Below, one piece after another: positions 9,242-19,811 of a stretch of 24,084 bases of DNA; position 1 is the stretch's first letter; each line of letters begins with the position of its first letter. The notes below the pieces were generated by a model. It saw only the letters and a list, made by a program, of their open reading frames with translations. It was not told the origin of the DNA and ran no database searches. The translations under genes and the position numbers were made by a program. This DNA comes from Azolla caroliniana (lineage: Eukaryota > Plantae > Polypodiophyta): contig JBHGNT010000459.1 in assembly GCA_043228905.1 (NCBI GenBank), positions 1-24,084 on the forward strand. Direction: 5' to 3'.

Positions 9242-12200
9242 GTGTGTGTGTGTGTATGGTTATGTATGTACATAATATGACCTGTTGCTCTCGATATTTA
9301 TCGATCATTTTGTGTATAGATTGTGCGTGCCATGTGCCCTACGTCATATTATGTCCACATCTTATCATCCCAAAATGTGCATTCATGACGTGTCTCGTTA
9401 TGTCAATATCAACTTGATTCATCCTTGTTCGCTCATGTGTCAATTTGTACACATTAGTATGCCCCTTTGTCGGGGGGCTATCATCCATGTTCTTATGTAA
9501 ATATTCACTTGTGCCGTCTTGTCTTGCTTGTACAATCCACTCTTAGGCATGCATGCCTTAGTATGGCTATCCTTGCTTCAATCTTCCGTGTTTTTTGATG
9601 GCTCAACGTGATGTTCCACATCATACTATGTCATTTTGTTATCAAACTAATAAATAATCCATTGAGTTGAGTTTGACATCGTACTTGCAAGCTCTACTTT
9701 GATGATGCATGTGCATATAGCTATATCATCATAGTGTCAATATAATACGCATATCAAACATCATTATCCAATGGAGCATGTCTCCCCATCAAGATAGTCG
9801 ATAAATATTAGACATCATTCCATGTGGATGCGCTTGCTATGTATGCATGTATATATATTTGTGATATCCATGTCTGAAAGAGCATGTTGTGTATTTTAAA
9901 TCAAATTGTAGACATGTGATCCAACATCAACACTTTATTTGCATGCATTCGAGTGTCTAGATAGGTGTGCAAGGCTTGCTAAGCCTACTTGTTTCATCTA
10001 AAACAATCTTGGCAAAAAATTGAAAAATCTTCAAGTCTATATTAGATCAGTCATAACTCTCTAAGATTACAAACATGTAGTTTAGTTAGAGATTTCCTAG
10101 GTTGATTTTATTGCATCAATGTAGTGCATTTGTGGGGGTTGGCCTTAAAACTACGTTTTGGGCAAGCCTTGTATACATCTAGGTGTGCATACATTCTGTG
10201 TGCGGATAAATGAGATACATGTACACAAATAATGCATGTCGATATCAGAGGGAGGGGGCAAAGGTACTCTCTAAGGCAGTGTGATGGGATGTTCAAAATG
10301 CGGAAAAAAAACCAGACAAACTTCACATCATCTTGTCATGTTTGATTTTATGCCTTTCCACTCAACAACAAGGACACACAAAACAATTGAACGGTTCTCG
10401 ATTTATTTCCCAAATTTTTTACAATTACTTTACACTGTCTTGTTCATGTCTCCAGGATTGTGAAATTACCGATACATTTTCAAAATTCGGAATGCTTCAC
10501 ATGTCTATGAGCATGTTTAAACTATAGTGTGAATACTGGTACAAATACTTGCATTTTTTAACCACATATTACAAACATGAAGTGTTTATATTATTATTTA
10601 TATATATAACACATGATGCCCAAAGAGAACAAGGTGCACTCGAACAAATCCTTGCAATGCATAGGTAAATACTTGACAATGGACTTGAATCTGTATGACA
10701 AGAATTGAGTATGATGTGAGCTCAAAGATAATTTTACCACATGATATATCATATGCCTTGATTGTCTACAAAATGTTTGTGAGACAAGACTTGATACTAG
10801 GACACAAACCTAAGAACTAGAGAAGTAAATGCACTTTATGAGCGTTTGATGTAGTCGTCTAGCATATCTAGTTATATGCTATATTCTTTTAATTTACACC
10901 GAAGTGCATATGCTTGATGATTGTAATACTTTCACTCCACATTGTCACTCGTAGAAGTGGATACTCTAGTTTGCACATGGTATGCACATTTGTTTCACAT
11001 TTTCTCAAATTTCAACACTAAGTTGAATTTCAATGATCACTCTATGCAACTCAAGTAGGTTCAAGTTTTGGTGAGGGTGTATGTAAGTAGTCTTGGTTCC
11101 ATGTAAATAACATGTTTTAATCAGTACCATCATATGAGTCATGGTTTTCATTGCAATAAAGTGGACACATACCCTTGGTTGAATAGAGAATCATATTTCA
11201 TAGAAATTGTAAACCTTGGTTGAATGGCGGAACGTAAAAGAGTCAACAAAACCATGTCTTTACACATTAGCTAAAAAAATTTAGTTCTGAATTCACAACA
11301 AATATCTAGAAATTCCAATGTAGATGTGATAGCTCATCAATGCTTTCATTAGTTGTACATTGAAGCACTATAAAAATTCATATAAATTTGAACTCAATGT
11401 TTTCCAATATCCAATGCCCGCACTTTCTAATGCATATTGAGGTTTTCTTAGGTAAGCTTATGATGTCAATTGATTTGATGTATGGTTTTCAAAAAAATTC
11501 ATAAAGCCTATAAATATTGTATGCTCAAACATATATAAGTGTAGTATCGAGGTTGCTTTTTTATACGCTTACATTGACATTGTTAGGCTTAAATTTGATG
11601 CCTTTGATTGAGATTGTAACATATTTGCATTGTAATATTCTTTCTCAAAACAATTTCAATGTGAACCATGTAATTAAACTCAATTTCTCAAGGCATAACA
11701 TATCATTTGAGATTTAGATATTCTAAAGAAAAGTAATTAAATAATTATTTGCTACTAAAGATCTTTAGTTTTGTTACATACATGGATAATGATGTATTTG
11801 GAACACATCACATGCATGTTGACGATATTTTAATGAAACATTCTTATCCCCTTGGTGTTGTGCAATGTTGAGAGGAAACTCTTGTATATATACTTTTAGC
11901 ATGTTTGTATATGTTGACGGTCCTATTAAATATGCAAAACCTTAGTGGTAGAATACAATGTTTTTCTCATATATTTAAGTTTGTATACTATGTAAGCATA
12001 TACCAGTGTTTATCAGATACCAACATGGTTTTCATGATCATAAAATATAATCAACTTCCTATTCTGCATACTAGAACATAATTAAAAACTTTATATTTCC
12101 TAAATGCCAATGGTAACTTGTGATCTTAATGTATGAGGTGGCATTACCATGAGTAATGATTCTTCAAAAAACTTTTACAAACATGAAGTGAATAAACTAC

Positions 12201-13318
12201 TATAATGTATGGTGAGAATACGCAATGACCAACTTTGGTTGTGGTGGTGGAATGAGCAGTGACGGAGTACACTGATTAGATGTCACTAGGGTAGCTTGGA
12301 CATGACAAGCAACTTAGATCTATCTCTAAGAAGGTGTCTTAAAAATCTCTTTGTATCCTAGAACCCATGGGCTTTGATGTTGTCAACATTTCTCTACAAG
12401 TTTATTGTAAATAATTTCCTTGGCACATTGTTGTTGCAGACCTTTGGAAAAAGTCAGTTGTGTGTGATTGTCCTAGTGTCCTATGTGTTGATATAAAAGT
12501 TGATGTCCTATCCTTGTGAATTAGGTCAAGGAGGTTATTGCCAAATTATCAATATTGAGGCCACTTGATATAGGATATTAGAAGCCTTAGACTAGAAATG
12601 AACCCTCAAGTAGGAGACTCCCAATGACTATGAAGTAAATGGAATTGGTGAGAAGCAAATGTACACTATTAAAAAATACTTCAAATTGTACTGATATAAA
12701 GCATCTTAAAATGCACTTGCAAAATTACAAAGGAGAGAAAAAGAAAATAAGATACTGGAATGAATATAATTGAAATATTGCATTCTTCATGTTGCCTGTA
12801 CTTCCATGTCTCTTGCTAACCATTTGTGTGAGAGCGTTGATCCATGTGCTCATAACAAAAGATTGCCCTTGGGTATCCATTAATGAATGGCCTTGTAGTA
12901 TTGTTTTCTCCCGTGTGTCTCAAGCAAACAATGGTAAGACAACCACAAATTATGATAATTGTCATATTGAAACCCATGGTTAGACAAACACCAAGTAATT
13001 ATGAAGCAAACGCTCCTCCTTTCCCATTAGAAAGTGGTGGATTTTGTATGGTGGCTATAATACAACCTATAGATCCATTCCTCTCACATGTTTGTCATGA
13101 AGCTAATCACAAACGATGTGAAACACCCTAACTCATGTACATTTTTACAATTTCCTTACGTACAATTTTACTAGATTTGTTAGGTTCTTGTAGTTACACG
13201 AGCATACCTATATGGTGTGAGGTTTTGACGCTAGAATATTACAAATTCTAGGTGCTACATATCTCTTTCGATATAAGCCCACACATAAGATTTTGCTGGA
13301 TTAAGAAAGGCTAAAAAG

Positions 13319-13600
13319 TGTTAAGAGTGATAATTGAACGATATAACTTGATATTGTGCAAGTTATTTAAGATAAACAACTAAAATAGAACAAAAGGAAT
13401 GCACAATATGCCATCCAAATTTTCACGTGGAAAACCCTTTAGAAGTCATAAAAAGTCACCAAATCAAGAAACAATCCACTATTAATGGATAAAAAATGTA
13501 CACCAAAGTCTTACTCTATATAGGCTCGAGTGTTACATAAAGACGAGAGAGAAAAATTTCCTTTTTAAATCTTAAACCCAACTAGAAAAAATAATCCCAA
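13319..13600 (-). mobile_element. Degenerate Copia-type LTR remnant
   Basis: Starts TGTTAAGAG and contains CACGTGGAAAACCC (13425-13438), whose reverse complement matches the GGGTTTTCCACGT LTR motif at 586-598, followed by AATCCACTAT. The other end and a TSD were not found. Confidence 0.45.
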
Positions 13601-14132
13601 ATAACTCACTGAGAGTAGGTAGTGATGAAAGTGGTGATGCCCACGTTGGTGCCATCCTTTAGTTGGCGTACAAGAAGGCGTTGATGGAGGAAGCAAAGAA
13701 CGCTAAATTGAGCTCTCAAGTTTCAATTTTGCACACCTTAAAAAATCTGTCCATTCCCTTTGCCCTCGTGCCACTTATAAAAAAGTGAATGAACACACAC
13801 ACACACAGACACACACACGTAAATATATATATTTGTGAGCTTGTTCACACTATATTAAAAAATATAACTTTCGGTGTCCATAATCCAATTATTTGGCTAG
13901 AAATAAGTTAAAATATAAGGGGAATGGAAGATAAGTATTAATTCTAGTGGTGTAAGTGTATAATTGTGGACTTAGAGTCCTAATTGAACCAAATTTGACA
14001 AAATATCTTTTCGTAGGCGCAATGACGAATGGTGACCACTTAATCAGGGCCAAAATTTGACACGTTAGTATCAAAGTTTTTTGACGGACATTTTTTAAAG
14101 ATGTATGTCATATGACATAAGATTGCAAAAAC

Positions 14133-15592
14133 CGTTGTGAGAGGTGAAGCAGAATAGGAGCCGCGGAGCAGGAGTTGAAGCGCGTCCCTGCGAGAGGTGA
14201 AGCGGGAACGAGGCCGGAGCAGGGCTGACTCGTGTCCACCTGCTAGTGCAGAGCGGAGGTCTGCAAACGTGGGGCACACAGGCCACCACACCCTTTCTGC
14301 AGGTCCTGCCACTTCTGCTGACGCCCCACAGTCGGTAGTCGTCATAGCCTCCACACCATAGTCGTTGCCGTTGGCCCATCTCTACGGCCGTTGTTGATTC
14401 CTCTTCACCCTAAACCCTAAACTTAAACTTCAAAAAGTGGGATAGTACCCCCAATCACAGTTCGAAAAGTGCTAGGAGGGCTTGTTGATCCCAAGAGATA
14501 GGGAAACACAGGACAGGATCGAAGGCTCTGAATTGCGAGACAATGACACACCAACACAAAATAAGGCAATTCGAGTACTGGCATATACTAGGCATAAATG
14601 GATTGTAGATCCTAATCCGATCAAAGTACAACTAGATTGGCACATATGTACTCTTGAAAACACATGGCTACATAAGGTTAGTTGGGACCCTTTGCAATGG
14701 ACATGGTGTGATACTTACGCGGGGCAAGGAAGCAAACCCATTCCTTTCTTTCAATTCACAACTAGATTGGGTCGCCATATTCTAGCTGGTCAAACCGCCC
14801 GAGAGCCAGCTGTCGCAAAGGTCTAGCACACATATCATGTTCCTCACACAATTATCACCAAGTTCTAGCAGGAAATCTAGAAACAACAACACACGAGAAG
14901 AATCACCACTTTCCAATGGCTAGTAATACATAAGTCACTATCGGTTGGTGCATGGCAACGTGTGAACCTTAGCTCTCCTAATTGTGTAGCGTGCCCAAAT
15001 GCAATAGAATCAATACGACATGCTTTGTGGGACTACCCAGAGTCCCATTGAATATGGTGGGGGGTTGGCTACTTATTGCAATTTTGCCAAGTGCAAGGCT
15101 CAATCAAGTGGGGAAATGTATGTTGGCTATCATGGCAGGCCCCAATTGACAAATACGAGCATCAAGAGGAGGGGATGACTTTGGTGATAAAAGCACAAGA
15201 GGTTTTTTTTCTCCACCAGCGGCAATGTCCACTCAACTCCTCTTAATGACAAATCTCAAGTTGTGTTGAAATTGGTCAACCCAATAACTCTTCGGATTGT
15301 ATGGAAACAACGGTGTAGACAGGTCTTCTCCAACCAAACCGCACAACCAATAATGTTAATGCAAGAGATATGGAGTGAAATTGTAGCTAGTCTAAAGAGC
15401 CAATATGATGGCCTCAATGGCGGCTCTGATGGAGTTGAAAGACAATGAATAGCCTTTATCTAACAATGGTTGTCCTCTCCCTTTCTTGAGTCAGTGGGCA
15501 TCCACATAAGATGGACCTATCATGTCCCTACAAGGATTTGTAGATAATAATCTCATATCTAAAATTTTATAACTAATGGACGAAAAAAAAAG
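14133..15592 (+). mobile_element. LINE 3' fragment (copy A) with an apparently inverted approximately 300-bp 5' segment
   Basis: 12-bp TSD GATTGCAAAAAC (14121-14132, 15593-15604) and an A tail at 15583-15591. About 14437-15545 encodes a decayed ORF2 C-terminus (WDPLQWTW..PFFQFTTRLGR, zf-RVT C..CP...ESI.HALWD). Confidence 0.85.
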
Positions 15593-15789
15593 GATTGCAA
15601 AAACTAACATGTCATTTCACATACAAATTTAAAAAATGAAAAGCTCTATATAATGCTACATTGTTATACATTTCATTACTATAAAAGGTACACAAAGATA
15701 CACAAATGAGCGTACCTATCTCACAAAGATAATGAAATACATAAAATAAATATCGTGTTAATGTTTTTACTAATAAGTATATAAAAAAA

Positions 15790-16185
15790 TTGTTTTTTGG
15801 GGGAAAAAAGAGGGTATTGTTTTGGAAAAAGGGTTATCTTTTTGTAAAAAAAAAGATTCTTTTATTGGGAAAAAGGGCTAGTAAAAAATTTAGTTTTAAC
15901 TTAAACCTTAAAACATTAAAATCAAACCTTTAGTTTACATCCTTAGAGTATTTAATATAGTTTATTGAAAAAGGTTTTCTTTTGGGAAAAAGCAAGGTAT
16001 TTTTTTGGAAAAAACGTGGTTATTGTTTTGGAAAAAAGGTTACCTTTTTGGAAAAAAAAATGTTATCTTCTAGGAAAAAAGGTTAGTTTTTGGAAAACAA
16101 AGGTTAGTAAAAAATTTAGTTTTAACTTAAAACTTAAAACATTAAAATCAAACGTATCGTTTACACCCTTAAAGTATTTAATAAA
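15790..16185. repeat. Degenerate TTTTGGAAAAAGG arrays and a duplicated approximately 78-bp block
   Basis: GTAAAAAATTTAGTTTTAACTTAAA.CTTAAAACATTAAAATCAAAC occurs at about 15881 and 16107. Confidence 0.8.
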
Positions 16186-16348
16186 GGTGATTGTTTAAAA
16201 TTTCAATCAAATTTAAACTAATATTATTAGGAAAGAATAAATATTTGAGAATATATACCATTATTACATCATGATGATATTATTTTAAGCATGTACACAC
16301 TTCATTATTTTAAATATATTATTGTACACACTTCATAGTACATACATA

Positions 16349-17117
16349 CATAGATTGATATATTCGCATTCGTGGGGCCTCCCCCACGAATGCATACGAA
16401 TTAGAATACGAATACAAGTAATAATATTCGTTTTTTTCTTTTTTTTTTGGAAAAAAAAATTGTTTCTTTTAACGCTAGGTAGTGAGCTAGCAACACTGAA
16501 CAGTGAGCGAAGAGGCCACACCCTACATCTTCTTCTACTTGATGCTTACACCCTCGCCTCCCCTTTCGGCCTCCAAATTAGGGTTTTCGGCTGAAAACCC
16601 TAATTTCGACCATATTTCTTCTTTTCGGCTTGCATCCTCGCCTCCCCCTCATCCTCTAAGTGTCACTTAATTATTATTCTCACCTCCTAACCTAGGGTGG
16701 TGCTAAAACCTTAAATTTGGCTGAAATTAGTAACCCTAATTAATTAATTAACGTTTTAGTAAATTATTTCATTATTAATGAATTAATTAATATTTTAATT
16801 CTTAAAACCCTAATTTTGTGTAAAGCTAGGAACCCTAATTAATTGATCATTCGTGAATTAATTAATGTTTTAGTAATTTGATTCATTATTAGTGAGTTAA
16901 TTAATATTTTAATTCTTAAAACTCTAATTTTGGCTTAAATTAGGAACCCTAATTAGTTCATTAATCATGAATTAATTAATGTTTTAGTAAATTAATTCAT
17001 TTATGTAAATTTAAAATGAATGGTTCTGTAATATTCTTGGGGTCATTTTTTATTCTCAAATATGACGAATATTACGGATGGAGAATACCAAGAATATCAC
17101 GCATGGGTCAATCTATG
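16349..17117. mobile_element. Nested non-autonomous hAT element / MITE (769 bp)
   Basis: Perfect 10-bp TIR CATAGATTGA...TCAATCTATG and perfect 8-bp TSD CATACATA (16341-16348, 17118-17125). Subterminal GAATA/TATTC motifs, and internal repeats of about 99-114 bp containing AACCCTAAT. Confidence 0.88.
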
Positions 17118-17140
17118 CATACATATATTTAGATGATAAT

Positions 17141-17870
17141 CTGGAAATAACAACATGCGAGGCGAATTACCACGTTCCAATGGCTATTAATACATAAGTC
17201 ACTACTGGTGGGAGCATGGCAACGTGGGAACCTTAGCTCTCCTAATTGTGTAGAGTGCCCAAATGCAATAGAATCAATACGAAACGCTCTGTGGGACTGC
17301 CCAACATCCCATCGAATATGGCGGGGGGTTGGCCGCTTGTTGCAATTATGCCATGTGCAAGGCTCAATCAAGTGGGGTAATATATGTTGCCTATCATGGC
17401 AAACCCCAGTTGGCAGATACAAGCATCAGGAGGAGGGGATGACTTTGGTGATAAAAGCACAAGAGGTTTTTTTCTCCACCAACGGCAATGTCCACTCAAC
17501 TCCTCTTAATGACAAATCTCAAGTTGTGTTGGAATTGGTCAGCCCAATAACTCTTCGGATTGTATGGAAACAACGGTGTAGACGGGTCTTCTCCAACCAA
17601 ACCGCGCATCCAACAATGTTACTACAAGAGATATGGAGTGAAATTGTAGCTAGTCTAAAGAGCCAATATGATGGCCTCAATGGCGGCTCTGATGGAGTTG
17701 AAAGACAATGAATAGCCTTTATCTAACAATGGTCGTCCTCTCCCTTTCTTGAGTCAGTGGGCATCCACATAAGATGGAACTATCGTGTCCCTAGAGGGAT
17801 TTGTATATAATGATCTCATTTGTAAAATGTTATAATTAATGGAAGGAGTTTTTTTTGGAAAAATAAATAA
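17141..17870 (+). mobile_element. LINE 3' fragment (copy B), same family as copy A
   Basis: TSD of up to 18 bp ATATATTTAGATGATAAT (17123-17140, 17871-17888). zf-RVT CVECPNAIESIRNALWDCP...IW. Colinear with about 14875-15580. Confidence 0.92.
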
Positions 17871-18674
17871 ATATATTTAGATGATAATATGTGACATACC
17901 CAATGATGGTACTATATGTGTCATATATATATTATATATATGACATACAAAACGATGCCTATCCGGCTATCGGCTACAAAACAGTGTGCATTTGGATCGA
18001 TACAACTATTCGGATCCGTCATTTCCCTAATAGTATTTATCTATAACATATTACTACTTACGGCCTTAACTCTTCCCAGTACACACCTCCGCCTCCGGAT
18101 CATACTGTCATAGGCCAACAGTCTCTTGACGGACATTTTTATTAGGTGTATGTTTTTGACAAGCAAAATGGCCTCTGACGGGCGTGACACCCGTCAAATT
18201 TTTGCCTTGTAAAGGACATAATGCATGAATAAACAAGCAAGCTCTAATTTAATATACTGGAAAATGCCTCAAGCTATTATAAGAGGGGGATTATGGTAAA
18301 ATTTCAGAGGGAATTATTAAGGTTCTATAATTATTCATAATTTATTAAAGGTTCGTTTTAGCGTTTTGAAGTGAAATTCAACCTACAAAGGTGCAAATGT
18401 ATTGACTTAATTCACTAGTCACTAAATTTATGTTTGTTTAATTACTTTCTCTTCATTATTAATGTACACTTAATGCCACTTGCCATGGGGCCACTGCAAT
18501 AGCTGATGAGTCAAATAATGTGGGTGTCAATTATGTATGGGCATTTCAATGTTATTTTGTTGCAATAAGCACACAGTGTTCACCAATACAAAAATGATGA
18601 AATCTACAATTGTGAATGAATAGATGTCGGGTGAAGAATGATTTAAACACATGCACACATAACTCAAAAGAGTT

Positions 18675-18822
18675 AGAATAAAGACACATCCATGTGTCAT
18701 GAGTGCCACATCACGACTATAGAAGATGTGCATCGAGGCATGTTTTCAAGAATAAAGGCACATCCACGTGTCATGAGTTCCACATCACGACTATAGAACA
18801 TGTGCATTGGGGCATGTTTTCA
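18675..18822. repeat. 74-bp tandem duplication
   Basis: AGAATAAAG.CACATCCA.GTGTCATGAGT.CCACATCACGACTATAGAA...TTTTCA at 18675-18748 and 18749-18822. Confidence 0.95.
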
Positions 18823-19268
18823 CCTTGCTACAAGTGTCACTTCTTTATGCTACAAATGATGCTCTTAACAACCCTTATGACTCCGTCTATTTTGCTATTG
18901 CTCTCTCTCTCTCTCTCTCTCTCTAACTCTCTTGTGTTCTCTTGCTTTTGAGGTCATGTTGTTGCGTAAACAGGCATGAGTGTCTACTTGAGCGGAACCA
19001 CGGGGGTCTTGGACTGAGGACGCAAAGATTAGGAGGACACGAATGTAGGGGAACTTGGCAATTAGGAGAGATTAAAACGCTTGGGAATAGGCTTAATACA
19101 TTTGATTAATTGTAGTGCACAAGATTAAGATCAAAATAAACTCAAATTAAGATCTAGATTCAAGATTATACAAGAAATCCCTTTATAATGTAGAGTTTAC
19201 AAAATATACATAATGAATAAGCACAATGTAGAAGTGATATAATGAATGATTAGAAGAGAATTGTGTAT

Positions 19269-19555
19269 TGTTGAGAATCAAGCTCAACTTCTCGGGTGTG
19301 GGAACACACTTTAGGATACTCAAGTGTGTGAACACCCCACCTCCTTGTATAGTAACTAGTGTGTCATAAAAGTTAATGTTCTATGCCACATATTCTTTAG
19401 GTAATTAAGACTCGACCTCTTTCCCAAGAGGCGCTTCTAGTGAGAGAATCTAGAGAGAAGGTGATTATATAAGGACCTTCTCCTTCTCGTTGTAACGTGT
19501 TGGTTATTCTTGCTTCCTTTGTAATACAATTTTCCGATTTTTTTGTAATCGTGAG

Positions 19556-19620
<65 letters not shown>

Positions 19621-19655
19621 CTTCCATTGTACATAATCATCAACGATTCTTTACA
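19269..19655 (+). repeat. 5' LTR (387 bp) with TATA box and (CT)n(CA)n
   Basis: TGTTGAGAATCA...TTCTTTACA; TATATAAGG at about 19466; immediately followed by the PBS. Confidence 0.95.
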
Positions 19656-19668
19656 TGGTATCAAAGCC
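19656..19668 (+). promoter_or_regulatory. Primer-binding site (initiator tRNA-Met type)
   Basis: TGGTATCAAAGCC versus the canonical TGGTATCAGAGCC. Confidence 0.9.
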
Positions 19669-19811
19669 CGTGGTTGCTTGATCGAAGCCCATCGCCTCTA
19701 CGTGTGTTGTGCCCGATTTTGTGTTCGGAAAGAACCGACTGATCATTGTAGCAACAATCTGCAGAGTTCGCATCAAAGAAGAAGAAGAAGAAGCTTGACA
19801 TGAATACTTAG

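Larger units (their letters stand above)
14045..18209. mobile_element. Non-autonomous TIR (hAT-like) element hosting three nested insertions
   Basis: 17-bp TIRs CAGGGCCAAAATTTGAC / CAAGGCAAAAATTTGAC (15/17 match). Subterminal TTGACGGACATTTTT at 14081 and 18126, plus further TGACGG/CCGTCA motifs. The flanking 8-mers do not match, so no TSD is confirmed. Confidence 0.6.

Noticed and set aside
7861-9417. Cys/Met/Tyr/Val-rich ORFs (7861..8208, 7949..8230, 8893..9417, 9056..9280)
   Set aside because: Translation artefacts of (TATG)n and (TG)n microsatellites.
9300-13300. Short ORFs in the long upstream region, including an RNVDNI string resembling YVDD at about 12380
   Set aside because: No surrounding RT motifs and no coherent exon structure, so the region is left unassigned.
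16366-16404. GC-rich hairpin as a Helitron 3' end or terminator
   Set aside because: No CTRR terminus with an A/T target follows. The hairpin lies inside a TIR/TSD-defined hAT element.
18467-18474. CACTTAAT matching the 8-mer left of the outer TIR (14037-14044)
   Set aside because: It is 257 bp from the right TIR, and an AT-rich 8-mer can match by chance. Not accepted as the TSD.
18957-19268. Possible older LTR into which the Copia element inserted
   Set aside because: Only a TGTTG start and general composition support it. No second terminus or TSD lies within the window.
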